Positions 7,326-17,832 of a stretch of DNA of 64,000 bases are shown one piece after another. The notes under the pieces were generated by a model. It saw only the letters and a list, made by a program, of their open reading frames with translations. It searched no databases and had not been told where the DNA came from. Origin of the DNA: Candidatus Bathyarchaeota archaeon (GTDB lineage Archaea; Thermoproteota; Bathyarchaeia; TCS64); NCBI GenBank assembly GCA_018396865.1, contig JAGTRB010000010.1, forward strand, positions 7,967-71,966, written 5' to 3'. The stretch's first letter is position 1; each line of letters starts with the position of its first letter. The translations under genes and the position numbers were made by a program.

Positions 7326-10214
7326 ATGCCCCCTGTCTTCGGGCTGCTACATCCCATCATAAGGGAGGCCCTAGAGGAGTCAGGAATACATGAGCCTACA
7401 CCTTCTCAGGAGATGGCTATAGGCCCGATCATGGAGGGGGATAATGTCCTTCTCGTAGCACCGACCGCCAGTGGTAAGACTGAGGCTGCCCTCCTCCCGG
7501 TCTTCGACCACCTCCTGAGGGATGAGAAGAGGGGTGGCGTAAGAGCCATCTACATAACCCCCCTGAGAGCCCTTAACAGGGATCTGATGAGGAGGCTCAA
7601 CTTCTGGAGGGATAGGCTGGGTATAGATATCCAGGTTAGGCATGGAGATACAGGGGCTGGAGAGAGGCGTAGACAGGCGGAAAGGTCCCCGGAGATGCTC
7701 ATAACAACCCCTGAGACCCTCCAAGCCCTCCTTCCCTCTGAGAAGATGAGGAGCCACCTTTCCTCCACGGGGTGGGTTATAGTTGACGAGATCCATGAGA
7801 TCGCATCTTCTAAGAGGGGTTCACAGCTCTCAGTGGGCCTAGAACGCCTAGAGAAACTGACGGGGAAACCTTTCCAGAGAATAGGCCTCTCGGCCACTGT
7901 TGGAAACCCAGATGAGGTGGCATCCCTCCTGGGGGGAAGGCGCAATGTATCCATTATAGTCGTCGAATTGGAGAAGCCCTTCGAATATAGGATGGAGTAC
8001 CCAACTCCAGAGGATCTGGACTTCGATCTATCATACGAGCTTGGAACCACGGCGGAGGCAGTCTCCAGGCTCAGGAGGTTAAGGATGCTGGTCGAGGGGC
8101 ATGCCTCAACCCTCATCTTCGCCCAGGGGAGGGGGCAGGTTGAACTCCTAGGGAATAGGCTCCTCAGGATTGAGCCTAGGATAGATGTCCATCACGGTTC
8201 TCTATCGAGGGAGGAGAGGCAGAGGGTAGAGGACCAGCTTAAGGAGGGTATTCTAAGGGGTATAGTCTGCACCTCCACCCTCCAGCTTGGAATAGACATA
8301 GGGACTATAGACCTATGCATCCAGTACCTGAGCCCGAGGAGGGCCTCAACCCTAATACAGAGGGTTGGGAGATCGGGGCATAGGCTGGAAAGGCGTTCAA
8401 AGGGGGTCATAATACCAGCCTATGGGGAGGACGCCCTAGAGTCGGCGGTTATCATTGGGAGGGCTGAGAGGGGGAAGGTTGAGAGGTTGGATATACCGGT
8501 GAAGCCTCTAGATGTCTTGGCGCATCAATTAACCGGCCTCGCACTTGACATGAGGGGGGTTCGGAAGGATGAGGCGTACGAGGCCATTGCCGGGGCATAC
8601 CCCTATAGAAGCCTTGATAGAGGGGAGCTAGATGAGGTTGTCGGGTTCATATCATCCATGGGCCTTATCTCAGATGACGGGGGCATCCTAAAACCCACCG
8701 GGAAGGGGCGTAGATACTACTACATGAACCTCAGCATGATAAGGGATGAGAGGCGCTACCCATTTGTCAACCTCGTAACGGACAGGGTAATAGGAACGGT
8801 TGGAGACGAGTTCTGGACCCTGAGAGCCCGGGTGGGATTGAATGTCATCATGAGGGGGAGGGTCTGGAAGATCATCCACATAGACGATGAGAGAGGCATC
8901 CTATTCGTCCTCCCCTCGGAGGACCCTCTAGGAGCCCTGCCGGGCTGGGATGGGGAGCTCATCCCCGTCCCAAAGGAGGTAGCGTTGGAGGTGGGGGAGA
9001 TGAGGGAGAAGATAGCCTCCGAGATCACCAGGCTGGGCTCGGCTGAGAGGGTTGTTGAGAGCCTGTCGTCTTCCATGAATGTCGAAGCCGAGGCGTTGAA
9101 GGCTATGGTGGGGGAGGTGGAGATGCAGCTTTCCCATGGATTCCCAATACCTTCTGGGAGGAGGATGGTTCTAGAGGGATATGAGAGGTACCTCATCGTT
9201 CACAGCTCCTTTGGGGAGAAGGTGAACAGGACTCTGGGCTGCATCTTCGACGCCATCCTTTCGGATCATGACATGATATATAGCTGGTGGAACGACGCAT
9301 ACAGGATCCTAGTAGAGGCTCCCAGTAGATTAAGCGGAAAGGACCTCGAGGAGATGGAGGCTTGGCTCCTCCACATATCAGGGGAGGAGGCGGAGAGGAG
9401 GCTCTTGGAGTTCATGGAGGCAAGGTTCCCCTTCGGATACATGATGAGGTTTGTGGCGGAGAGGTTCGGGGCGATCCCTAGGGGGAGAACCCTCAGCCCA
9501 AGGGAGCTAGAGAGGCTTCAGGAGAGGTTCAGGGGCACCCCAATATACATAGAGACCTTAAGAGAGGCTTACAGGGAGAAGCTGGACCTTGATGAGGTGA
9601 AGAGGATTCTAGGCTCCATCAGGTCTGGCGAGATAGAGGTTGTTAGGGTTATGAGGGGTAGGCCAAGCCCCCTAGCCAGGCACGTGCTGGAGAAATACGC
9701 CGATATCCCTGAGCTCTTGGCCTCCAGATTCTCCATGGATGATCAGTTGGACTACATGAAGAGAAGCATAGATTCAAGGAAGGTGAACTTGGCATGTATG
9801 GGGTGTGGGGGATGGAGCAAGTCCAGCAGGGTGAGGGAGCTTGCGGAGGCCCCGGCCTGCGATGCCTGCGGCTCCAGGCTCCTAGCGGTCCTGAAACGGG
9901 GGCAGACCCCGGAAGCATTCCTCTCGATGGTTAAGAGGTGGATGAAGGGAGAACCCTTAGATGGAGGGGAGATGGAGGCCATCTCTTATGGGAGGAGGAC
10001 GGCTGATCTGGTCCTCTCCCATGGGAAGAGGGCTGTAATAGCCTTAACAGTTCAAGGGGTTGGACCATCAACAGCCTTCGGCATCCTATCTAGGATGCAT
10101 AGAGATGAGAGAGAATTCTATAGGGATCTACTGAGGGCTAAGATAAGATACATAAGGACTAGACCATATTGGGATGAGGATGGACTCGACAGGCAGAGGT
10201 TGAAGGCTCGGTGA
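7326..10214 (+). CDS. lhr: Lhr-type large ATP-dependent DEAD/DEAH-box helicase
   Basis: Walker A (APTASGKTEAA), DEIH box and helicase C motifs. Length 962 aa with a C-terminal domain carrying a Cys4 zinc ribbon, as in archaeal Lhr/Lhr2. Confidence 0.75.
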   Translation: MPPVFGLLHPIIREALEESGIHEPTPSQEMAIGPIMEGDNVLLVAPTASGKTEAALLPVFDHLLRDEKRGGVRAIYITPLRALNRDLMRRLNFWRDRLGIDIQVRHGDTGAGERRRQAERSPEMLITTPETLQALLPSEKMRSHLSSTGWVIVDEIHEIASSKRGSQLSVGLERLEKLTGKPFQRIGLSATVGNPDEVASLLGGRRNVSIIVVELEKPFEYRMEYPTPEDLDFDLSYELGTTAEAVSRLRRLRMLVEGHASTLIFAQGRGQVELLGNRLLRIEPRIDVHHGSLSREERQRVEDQLKEGILRGIVCTSTLQLGIDIGTIDLCIQYLSPRRASTLIQRVGRSGHRLERRSKGVIIPAYGEDALESAVIIGRAERGKVERLDIPVKPLDVLAHQLTGLALDMRGVRKDEAYEAIAGAYPYRSLDRGELDEVVGFISSMGLISDDGGILKPTGKGRRYYYMNLSMIRDERRYPFVNLVTDRVIGTVGDEFWTLRARVGLNVIMRGRVWKIIHIDDERGILFVLPSEDPLGALPGWDGELIPVPKEVALEVGEMREKIASEITRLGSAERVVESLSSSMNVEAEALKAMVGEVEMQLSHGFPIPSGRRMVLEGYERYLIVHSSFGEKVNRTLGCIFDAILSDHDMIYSWWNDAYRILVEAPSRLSGKDLEEMEAWLLHISGEEAERRLLEFMEARFPFGYMMRFVAERFGAIPRGRTLSPRELERLQERFRGTPIYIETLREAYREKLDLDEVKRILGSIRSGEIEVVRVMRGRPSPLARHVLEKYADIPELLASRFSMDDQLDYMKRSIDSRKVNLACMGCGGWSKSSRVRELAEAPACDACGSRLLAVLKRGQTPEAFLSMVKRWMKGEPLDGGEMEAISYGRRTADLVLSHGKRAVIALTVQGVGPSTAFGILSRMHRDEREFYRDLLRAKIRYIRTRPYWDEDGLDRQRLKAR

Positions 10215-11421
10215 CACCCCGCATGGGTCCTCTGCCTAACAACTCCTCTATAGCCTTAATTGTGTTTGATACCCCATCCCCTGGGCTCTTGGAGGTGATC
10301 TCTCTAATACGCTCCCCATAAATACCAAGCTCTATGACCCTCTCAACTGCTCTAAGTAGGTTATCCCTGGTGATGTCCCTCTGGTGGAGGGCCTCCGCGA
10401 TCCCGAGTTCCTTCGCCCTCCTCGCGTTAGCGTACTGCTCCGTATGCCCAGGCGTAGGTATTAGGATCTGGGGTTTCCCATAGCATAGGTTCTGCAGGAC
10501 AGTTCCATGGCCGGCCCTGGATATGACAGCGTCGCAGGCCTTTAGGTATCTGAAGCGGTCTGGTAACCATGGGAGGATCGTCAGAGGGCCATATGTGCGG
10601 GGCCTAGTATCAAGCCGGGGCATCCCCATGGACAGCAGGATCCTATAATCACCTGGAAACTCCTTGAGGATCGGGATCAGCTTGGAGATCAGGGGAATTC
10701 GCTCCTTCTCTGGGCCGCTTATGCTGGCCAGGATGAGGTGCCTCCCCTTATCAACGCCTGGAAGGTCTACTGTACCTTCGCACTCCTCGGGCCTCTTAGG
10801 GAGGATCGGCCCAACAAACCTAACCAGGTTCCTATGCCTCTTCGGGATCCTTAGGAGGTCTAGGCTTATGGTGTATGGCTCCGGGAAGTCCGGGATAAGG
10901 ATTATGTCGCTTAGAGCCCATCCTCCCCCTATAAGGGTTAACAATACGCCGTCGGCGATCTTTGAGAGGTTGAAGTTCCTCTTGCTCCTGGGCACTATGG
11001 GCTGAAACTGGTTCAGGATTGAGGTTGAGGGCAACCCAAGCAGCCTCGCCGCGAAGATGGATGAGAGCCTAGTGTCCGATATGACTATCTCGGGCTCGAA
11101 TCTCCTCATGTTCTCCAATTCAACCCGGACTTGGTTCAGAAAGCGGGGTGGGGCTTTTAATCCTCCCTTGACCGATGACATCTTCAGGTCTATTCGTCCT
11201 TCTAAGACCTCCATCCTCATAGATGGGGCCGATACCACTGGGAACCCCCCCTTCTTGAGGTATTCAAGCCCCTCCTGATAGGTAGAGAAGAGGATCTCGG
11301 CCCCTCTCCTCCGAAGCTCCTCCGCTATGGGTAGGCATCTACCCACATGCCCGAGGCCTAGGCCACACGGGCTGATGTAGATCCTCACCTCCTCTAGCCT
11401 TCCCAAGTGGAACCCATCCAC
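10159..11421 (-). CDS. glycosyltransferase, GT1/GT28 (MurG/UDP-glycosyltransferase-like) family
   Basis: GT-B fold signatures; the C-terminal half resembles MGT/UDP-glucuronosyltransferase family. The overlap with the helicase gene suggests the true start lies downstream of the track start. Confidence 0.55.
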   Translation of the reverse strand: MDGFHLGRLEEVRIYISPCGLGLGHVGRCLPIAEELRRRGAEILFSTYQEGLEYLKKGGFPVVSAPSMRMEVLEGRIDLKMSSVKGGLKAPPRFLNQVRVELENMRRFEPEIVISDTRLSSIFAARLLGLPSTSILNQFQPIVPRSKRNFNLSKIADGVLLTLIGGGWALSDIILIPDFPEPYTISLDLLRIPKRHRNLVRFVGPILPKRPEECEGTVDLPGVDKGRHLILASISGPEKERIPLISKLIPILKEFPGDYRILLSMGMPRLDTRPRTYGPLTILPWLPDRFRYLKACDAVISRAGHGTVLQNLCYGKPQILIPTPGHTEQYANARRAKELGIAEALHQRDITRDNLLRAVERVIELGIYGERIREITSKSPGDGVSNTIKAIEELLGRGPMRGVTEPSTSACRVHPHPNMV

Positions 11422-12063
11422 TCAGGGGGATAGGCTTACCTTCTTGACGGCCCCTCCAGGCCTCTCCTCTGCGAAGATTATCGCCTGGAACCTCGAGACC
11501 TCAGTCCTCTTGTCCAGCCATGCATCGGGGGGTAGGCCAGCCTTTAGGCAGCAGTTCGTAAGGAACTCCTCGGCGTCCCACCCCCACTCCACAGCCACCT
11601 GTGGGAGGAGAAGCCCCCTTCTAACCCCCCTACCCACCATCAGCCCGTCCCTTCCAATCACTATCTTCCCAGGATACTCCGAGGGATCCTCTACCTTTAT
11701 GGTCTCAGGTGGGGTGAGGACGCTGACCTCCACGGCTATATGCCCCATCTCGTCGCTGGAGACCGGATGGAACCTCGGATCCTCGAAGGCAGCCCCCAAC
11801 GCCGCCTCTACGACCGCCTCCGCCAATGGCATAACCGGATAGGGGAAACCTATGCATCCCCTTAGGATATGGGCGCCATCCTCCACCCTGTTCAGGGTTA
11901 CGAATACGCCACACCGACGGGTGAGCTTCTCGGATGCTGAGGAAGGCCTTATGGCCTCCCCTGTCTTCAGCCTGGTCTCTATCGCCCTCCTTGCTAGTTT
12001 AACCAGGTACTCCCCTTCCTCAAGAGTTAGGTCAAGATTCAACCCCATCCCCCCGATGTTCAT
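11422..12063 (-). CDS. AMMECR1 domain protein
   Basis: Conserved AMMECR1 core (CGVFVTL...RGCIG). Confidence 0.75.
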   Translation of the reverse strand: MNIGGMGLNLDLTLEEGEYLVKLARRAIETRLKTGEAIRPSSASEKLTRRCGVFVTLNRVEDGAHILRGCIGFPYPVMPLAEAVVEAALGAAFEDPRFHPVSSDEMGHIAVEVSVLTPPETIKVEDPSEYPGKIVIGRDGLMVGRGVRRGLLLPQVAVEWGWDAEEFLTNCCLKAGLPPDAWLDKRTEVSRFQAIIFAEERPGGAVKKVSLSP

Positions 12064-12084
12064 ATAAGATGATCAGCCATCCTA

Positions 12085-12558
12085 TTAGGGCCTTTCCCCG
12101 CCCGTCGCCTCCTCAACCATCTCCAGGATACTCTTCCAGTGGCTCCCCTTCCAGTATACCTGGCCGCAGGAGGTGCAGATCCAGAAGTCCTCGTAGGCCT
12201 TGAGGGTCCTCGTTGGAACCTTACCCCTGACAGCCTCTCTATCGGCTGCCTTGAGCTCGGCCCCGCAGATTGGGCACCTGGATCTCTCAGGGTCTAGCTT
12301 CAGGTTGAACCTCATGGAGACTGATCTCAACATCTCCGCGTCGCTTCCGCCCTCTACGAGGAGGGACTCCAATCCCTCCCTCACCGCCCTCCTGTAGAGT
12401 AGCTCGTCCCTTGTGAGGAGGATCCTTCCCTCTTTTGATGCAAGCCTGATCAGCTCCTCGTCTGGGATGTTTCCTGGATATTCGGCGTCATACCCGCATA
12501 TTCTCAGCCAACGAGCTAGGGAGCCCAACATCGCGTCCAGAAGAAACCTCGGCTCCAA
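12085..12558 (-). CDS. Mut7-C RNase domain (DUF82) protein with C-terminal zinc ribbon
   Basis: N-terminal FLLDAMLGSLARWLRICGYD matches the PF01927 family. C-terminal CPICG...CTSCG. Confidence 0.7.
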   Translation of the reverse strand: MEPRFLLDAMLGSLARWLRICGYDAEYPGNIPDEELIRLASKEGRILLTRDELLYRRAVREGLESLLVEGGSDAEMLRSVSMRFNLKLDPERSRCPICGAELKAADREAVRGKVPTRTLKAYEDFWICTSCGQVYWKGSHWKSILEMVEEATGGERP

Positions 12559-12650
12559 CCTCGACGGACCCCCTCATCCCCGCTCATAACCATCATAAAT
12601 CATGGATGGTGAATTAGTTAAAATTGGGTCTAGCCCTAGTTCTTTGGAGG

Positions 12651-13211
12651 CTAGACCTCCTCATCGGCTACACAATCCTCACATAGATACATCCCTTCCA
12701 CCGCCTTAAGGTTCATAGAGTACGCCCCGCACCTCTCGCATATCCCTGTTAATGAGGGGGATCCGGCTCCCACACCACCCTGGATCTTTGAGCGCTCCCG
12801 TACTATCTCTATAATGGTTGGGACTATTCTTAGGATATCCCTCTCAGTCACGACCCCGACTAGGCTCCCCTTATAGGTTACGCCCAACCGCCTTATGTTA
12901 AGCCTACTCATCAGCATCATGGCGTCTATCAGGGGGGTTTCTGAGACCACGGTTATCAGGGGGGAGGACATAACCTCCCCCGCCTTGATGTTCCAAGGGT
13001 TACGCCCCTTTGCCACAACCCTCACGACTATATCCCTCTCAGTCACGATCCCTACGGGTCTATCCTCCCGGTCCAGGACTATGACGGCGCCTATGTTATT
13101 CTCATCCATCACCCTTGCAACCTCCGTGATCTCCTTATCCTCACCTATCGTTATGGCGGGGCTAGACATTGCCTCCCTGACGATCATCCTATAGGTCAGC
13201 TCGAGCTCCAA
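12651..13211 (-). CDS. CBS-domain pair protein with C-terminal zinc ribbon
   Basis: Two CBS motifs (GAVIVLD.., VGVVTERDIL) and CERCG..CEDC. Confidence 0.7.
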   Translation of the reverse strand: MELELTYRMIVREAMSSPAITIGEDKEITEVARVMDENNIGAVIVLDREDRPVGIVTERDIVVRVVAKGRNPWNIKAGEVMSSPLITVVSETPLIDAMMLMSRLNIRRLGVTYKGSLVGVVTERDILRIVPTIIEIVRERSKIQGGVGAGSPSLTGICERCGAYSMNLKAVEGMYLCEDCVADEEV

Positions 13212-13291
13212 TCAGGCCTCACGACATGATAAAGGGATTCAACCTCTAGGTAAAAAGCTTACCAAGCCTAGGCTCTCGGATCCTTTGGGGA

Positions 13292-13627
13292 TCATTCTGC
13301 GGAGTGGAGGGTGCAGCCGCAGCCTTCACACCTTATCTTTTCATCGCTGGAGCCCTTCCTGAGGTCCACCCTCATCCAGCTCCCGCAGTTGGAGCATCTA
13401 ATTAAGAGACCCTCATAGTCCCCTTCTCCCCTGCATATGAGGATAGGAGAATGGAGATATCTTGGTTGTGGGACCTCCCTTCTCAGCCCTAGCCTAGAGG
13501 CCTTCTGCCTAATTGCCTGTGTGGTCCTCCCCGGGAGGGCCTCGGAGAGGCTATCTATGGAGACATCTGAGGAGTAATGGGCTCTGAGCCTGTTGATCTC
13601 CTCCTCAGTCCACCTCCTCCTAGACAT
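13292..13627 (-). CDS. small zinc-ribbon / putative DNA-binding protein
   Basis: CSNCG...CEGCGC motifs and a basic helical N-terminus. Confidence 0.4.
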   Translation of the reverse strand: MSRRRWTEEEINRLRAHYSSDVSIDSLSEALPGRTTQAIRQKASRLGLRREVPQPRYLHSPILICRGEGDYEGLLIRCSNCGSWMRVDLRKGSSDEKIRCEGCGCTLHSAE

Positions 13628-14011
13628 ATCCCCTCCCCCGATGTGGGGGGCTAGGCCGGTTTATGAGCCGGACCCCGGACAAACGGCCCCCCGTCCTAGA
13701 CCTCAGCGGCATGTCCTTTCAACCAGCCATGCCCGGGATCCATTTGAAGATATGATTTGTCCCGACTCTAAAGCTGGATGCCCGGTTTAATTATAACAAC
13801 CTTTTAAAAACGGGTTCCTATGAGAAATCCCCTTTAAGGTTTTCCAAATCTATATGGGGAGAGGAGCTTAAGATTCTTTTAAACATCTAGGAGGATCCCA
13901 AGATTAGATTTACCAGGAGAGGTTCAATGGGCGGTGTTTTAAGTAAGAGCTCTGATGGTTCTCCTCCGAAAGGTTTAATGGAGCCCCATCATCCCTAGAG
14001 GGGTGAGTTAG

Positions 14012-14752
14012 ATGGAGACCATATACTACAAGAGACCGAGGCTTTCTAGGCCCAGCATGGTCGCCGTCTGGCCGGGAATGGGGCACCTGGCCAAGATGGC
14101 GGGCGACTATCTGAGGAGGAGGCTTAATGCAAAGATCTTCGCTGAGATCAGATACTACCAGAACGCGGTCATCTACGTCAATGGACTTGCCGAGTTGTCA
14201 TATGTGAGGCACAGGCTCTACGCCTCTCCAAAGCACGATCTCATCATCTGCGTGGGAGAGGCCCAGCCTTCCATCCCTGAGATGGCCTATAGGCTTGCGA
14301 GGCAGATCATTAGGGTGGCCGAGAAGTTCAACGTAAGGAGGATATACACCCTAGCAGCCTACCCAAACGATTATCAGGATACCCCCGGGGTCTATGGGAT
14401 TTATACCGACGAATGCCTTAGGGGGCTACTTTTGAAGCAGGACATAAGGCTCCTCGAGGGGGAGGGGGCCATAAACGGTTTGAACGGCATACTGATCGGG
14501 GTGGCCAAGAACAGGGGTATAGAGGGCATATGCCTCATGGCCGAGATCAAGTACACCAACCTTCCACAGCACTTCTCATCAAAGGTGGTCCTAGACAAGT
14601 TAGCCTCCCTCCTTGGGATAAGCGTGGACACCTCATACCTCATGAAGAGGGCTGAGAGGTTTGAGACCCTGATGCGTAGGCGTCTAAGTATGAGGCAGGA
14701 GTGCGAGGAGTACATAAAGGTGGATGAGAAGAATTTGAGGTACATCAGCTAG
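14012..14752 (+). CDS. PAC2-family (proteasome assembly chaperone-like) protein
   Basis: The N-terminal VAVWPGMGHLAKMAGDYL motif resembles the GxPGxGxVG motif of archaeal PAC2 proteins; 246 aa. Confidence 0.45.
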   Translation: METIYYKRPRLSRPSMVAVWPGMGHLAKMAGDYLRRRLNAKIFAEIRYYQNAVIYVNGLAELSYVRHRLYASPKHDLIICVGEAQPSIPEMAYRLARQIIRVAEKFNVRRIYTLAAYPNDYQDTPGVYGIYTDECLRGLLLKQDIRLLEGEGAINGLNGILIGVAKNRGIEGICLMAEIKYTNLPQHFSSKVVLDKLASLLGISVDTSYLMKRAERFETLMRRRLSMRQECEEYIKVDEKNLRYIS

Positions 14753-14795
14753 GTTAGGGGACAGGGTTTATGGAAGGGCTGGGGAGGATAGCTGG

Positions 14796-15059
14796 ATGAA
14801 CCAGGCCGAGAGGATCTGGTGGGGGAAGATCTCCATCTCACTGCCAGGAGCCCTGATCACTTATATCATGCAGACGTATATGGGCCTGAGCGAGCTGTCC
14901 TCCTTCCTCACGGGAGTGATCATATACCTACTGGCTTCAAACATCATCTCCCGTACGATGGGGGTTGACAGGATTAAGGGGCTTAAGATAGGTGTTGGGG
15001 CCTACTTCTTCACCTGGATAACCCTCTGGATAATCCTGTACACCTATTTTAGGTTCTAA
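14796..15059 (+). CDS. small membrane protein (2-3 TM)
   Basis: Hydrophobic 87-aa ORF. Confidence 0.35.
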   Translation: MNQAERIWWGKISISLPGALITYIMQTYMGLSELSSFLTGVIIYLLASNIISRTMGVDRIKGLKIGVGAYFFTWITLWIILYTYFRF

Positions 15060-15478
15060 ATTCCACCTTGATCCCGCATAGAGCCGGGAGCCTTGATCTT
15101 CTTTCCGCTGCTGATGTAGTATCTTATGAAGTCCCACCATGCTGAGAAGTAACCTTGGTCGTAGGGGGCTCCGCTGCACTCCCTGGCCTTCGCCCTGAAA
15201 GCCCTATCATATCTACCAAGGGATTCGGCCTCCCTCAAAATTTTATTTACGAAGTCCCTCGGATCCCCTGCCCTGAGGGACAGGTAGATCCCGTTAAGGG
15301 CATTTAGGTATCCCTCACCGAACTCGTCCCCCCTGATCCTCTTCTCTCCAATCGCCCTTAGGGATCTCTCTGCCTCAGAGAATCTCCTCTCAAGTACGGA
15401 GCTGAAGAAGTTGAGGATATCCTCCCTAGCGTTTATGGTGTGGTGAGCATCCTCCCTCCCCTTAGGCCTCCTCCCCAC
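15056..15478 (-). CDS. hypothetical protein
   Basis: 140-aa ORF immediately downstream of radA on the same strand. Confidence 0.4.
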   Translation of the reverse strand: MGRRPKGREDAHHTINAREDILNFFSSVLERRFSEAERSLRAIGEKRIRGDEFGEGYLNALNGIYLSLRAGDPRDFVNKILREAESLGRYDRAFRAKARECSGAPYDQGYFSAWWDFIRYYISSGKKIKAPGSMRDQGGI

Positions 15479-16439
15479 TCTCTATACCCCTCTCCGTTAT
15501 CCTGATGGGGGCCTCCCCCTCGGGCAGAAATGGGCTTACTATGAGCCTGGCGATCCTTATGTTCTCCTTACCCTTCCTCAGGTAGACCCTGGTATGGCTT
15601 GTGTGCCCTATTATATGCCCCCCGACGGGCTGGACGCCCTTGAGGAAGAACACGTCCGGCTGCGCCATGACCTGGTTGGTTATGACCGCCGCCGCGTTGA
15701 ATGCCCTGGCCAGCCTTATCAGCTTGTGAAGGTGCTTGTTGAGCTGCTGCTGCCTTGAGGCGAGCATCTCCCTCCCTATATACTCGCTCCTGAAGTGGCT
15801 GGTCAGGCTGTCTATTATTATGAGCTTGATGTTGTTCTCCTTTATCACCTCATCGGCGTTCTCGAGGAGCATCATCTGGTGGCTCGATGTATAGGCCTCG
15901 GCGAAGATTATCCTCTTCAGGGCCTCTTTAGGGTCTAGGTTGAAGTGGGGGGCTATCTGCATAATCCTCTCAGGCCGGAAGGTGTTCTCGGTATCAATGT
16001 ATAGGGCACCCCCCTCAAGCCCCCCCCTCTCGTATGGTAGCTGGACTGTTACGCAGAGCTGCTGGCATATCTGTGACTTTCCAGTCCCGAACTCCCCATA
16101 GAACTCGGTTATCGACTGGGTCTCTATACCTCCCCCCAGGAGGTTATCAAGGCTTGAGCAGCCCGTTGTGAGGTGGCGGACGCTGCTCCTGAGCTTGACC
16201 AGCTCGTCCCCCCTTACGAAGGTTATGGCTATGGACCTTCTAGCAGCCTCTATTATCCTCTCAGCCGTCGCCTCGCTTATCCCCGCCTCCACGAGTTCCC
16301 CGACGGCCGCTGTGGCTAGGGATTCAACGGTCTTGAAGCCTATCTCCCTAAGCTTGGAAGCGGTCGCAGGCCCTACTCCGGGAAGATCCTCAAGCCTCTG
16401 ATACCTCTGCTTATAGTACTCCACCTGCTCCTCGCCCAA
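15462..16439 (-). CDS. radA: DNA repair and recombination protein RadA
   Basis: N-terminal HhH domain plus a RecA core with Walker A (GEFGTGKSQ) and Walker B; 325 aa. Confidence 0.95.
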   Translation of the reverse strand: MGEEQVEYYKQRYQRLEDLPGVGPATASKLREIGFKTVESLATAAVGELVEAGISEATAERIIEAARRSIAITFVRGDELVKLRSSVRHLTTGCSSLDNLLGGGIETQSITEFYGEFGTGKSQICQQLCVTVQLPYERGGLEGGALYIDTENTFRPERIMQIAPHFNLDPKEALKRIIFAEAYTSSHQMMLLENADEVIKENNIKLIIIDSLTSHFRSEYIGREMLASRQQQLNKHLHKLIRLARAFNAAAVITNQVMAQPDVFFLKGVQPVGGHIIGHTSHTRVYLRKGKENIRIARLIVSPFLPEGEAPIRITERGIESGEEA

Positions 16440-16778
16440 CTATTTGGCCTCCTTTGATCTCTCCTCGAGTCTCCTTAAAAATGATTCATCATATCCATGA
16501 GGAGGGGGTGGCTCTTTTCCCAGTTCCTCCATTTCTCCCGAGCCGCTTTCTCGGGGGAGGGCCTCTCCAACCAGCCCACGTTCCCCTTCCGCCTCATCAT
16601 GGACCTCTAGGGCCAATGAGCCCCTGTACCCGCAGCTCTCACACACATATATGGGGGGTATGATCCCTAGAAGGGCCTGTTTTATCCTTGGGCTTCCACA
16701 AACCGGACAGAGCTTAGGGGAGGGGCTTCTATACCTCAGCTCTCCCAAGATCCTCACAAGCTCTCTCAGGGGCGTCAC
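16440..16778 (-). CDS. zinc-ribbon protein encoded immediately upstream of radA
   Basis: CPVCG...CESCG. The stop abuts the radA start with 0-nt spacing. Confidence 0.5.
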   Translation of the reverse strand: MTPLRELVRILGELRYRSPSPKLCPVCGSPRIKQALLGIIPPIYVCESCGYRGSLALEVHDEAEGERGLVGEALPRESGSGEMEELGKEPPPPHGYDESFLRRLEERSKEAK

Positions 16779-16779
16779 T

Positions 16780-17142
16780 TCAGTGGACCTCTATGTTCTC
16801 CCTCGGGAACCCCATCTGGATAAGGGCCTCTCTCACAGCCTCCCTGTGATCCCCCTGTAGAAGTATCTGATCGTTCTTAGCGGTTCCTCCGCATGCGCAC
16901 TTCGCCTTCAGGGTAGCGGCCATCCTGCTCAGGTTAACATCCTTCGGATCCAAGCCGTCTATAACAGTCATTATCTTCCCCCACTTCCTCGACTCCAGCC
17001 TTATCCTGATCCTCTGCTCCTCCTTGCTCATCTCCTCACAGACGCAGAGATCCTTAGGCAAGCCGCATACAGGACAGATCTCGGCCATTCCTGAATCATA
17101 AAACCCGCAACATATTCTAAAAGCTTTGCTATTCTGAGGCAT
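16780..17142 (-). CDS. translation initiation factor aSUI1 (eIF1 homologue) with N-terminal zinc ribbon
   Basis: SUI1 core (KWGKIMTVIDGLD...QGDHRE) and CPVCG..CVC. Confidence 0.85.
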   Translation of the reverse strand: MPQNSKAFRICCGFYDSGMAEICPVCGLPKDLCVCEEMSKEEQRIRIRLESRKWGKIMTVIDGLDPKDVNLSRMAATLKAKCACGGTAKNDQILLQGDHREAVREALIQMGFPRENIEVH

Positions 17143-17151
17143 GGAGCTTGA

Positions 17152-17757
17152 CTAGATATAGTTCTGTAGTAGGGAGAAGGCCTTCAAGGCATCCTTTGGT
17201 TCCAGGACGATGACGGTGTTAGTTGAGCAGCTTATGAACTCGACTATGTTGATGTTCCTACCAGCTAGGAGCTGTGTTATAAAGGCTACAAACCCAGGCG
17301 TCGTCTCCACTCTTGGAGGGCTTATGAGGATTAAGGCGACGAGGTTGCTGGTGACCCGGGCGCTCCTGGGAAGGCCTCCTCTAAGCCTAGTTTGATCAAC
17401 GACATATACATAGCTGTCCGTGAGGTAGGCGGTCACGAGGTAGGGGATCTCGAGCATCTCCGGGGAGATGATGACAGCTATCTTGTCCTGGAGCCTGACC
17501 TTAGACTCCCTAAGGATGGATAGAATCCTCTCCTCCTGGAGGCCCCTCTCAGAGGCCAATTCCTCCCCTATCCTTATCACCGCCGCCTTTATAGCCTCCA
17601 CGCTCCCCTGGCCTATCTCCTCCCTAAGCCTTCTTGCTAGGGCTGAGTAGTTAACCACCCTCATCTTCAGGGCGTCTAGGATGGAGGGCCTCATCTGGAT
17701 GGTCTCCCGGACAAGCTCGGCGATAGACTTTGTCTCATTTACGTCATTATTACTCAT
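17152..17757 (-). CDS. ACT-domain regulatory protein (possible HTH N-terminus)
   Basis: C-terminal ACT-like fold (NINIVEFISCS..VIVLEPKD). Transcribed divergently from argG. Confidence 0.5.
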   Translation of the reverse strand: MSNNDVNETKSIAELVRETIQMRPSILDALKMRVVNYSALARRLREEIGQGSVEAIKAAVIRIGEELASERGLQEERILSILRESKVRLQDKIAVIISPEMLEIPYLVTAYLTDSYVYVVDQTRLRGGLPRSARVTSNLVALILISPPRVETTPGFVAFITQLLAGRNINIVEFISCSTNTVIVLEPKDALKAFSLLQNYI

Positions 17758-17779
17758 CTTTGTAACATTTAAGCCACAA

Positions 17780-17792
17780 AATATATAAATCT
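17780..17792 (+). promoter_or_regulatory. TATA-box-like element (AAATATATAAAT) in the divergent promoter region upstream of argG
   Basis: AT-rich octamer about 45-50 nt upstream of the TTG start at 17833, followed by a GGAG SD-like motif. Confidence 0.4.
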
Positions 17793-17832
17793 ATCCCATT
17801 TTATCAAGTCATCAAATAAAGGAGTTGAGGGT

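Noticed and set aside
7550-8116. Antisense ORFs (188 aa and others) inside the lhr helicase gene
   Set aside because: They overlap a strongly supported CDS on the opposite strand. They have low-complexity Ser/Pro/Arg-rich translations typical of shadow ORFs in GC-rich DNA.
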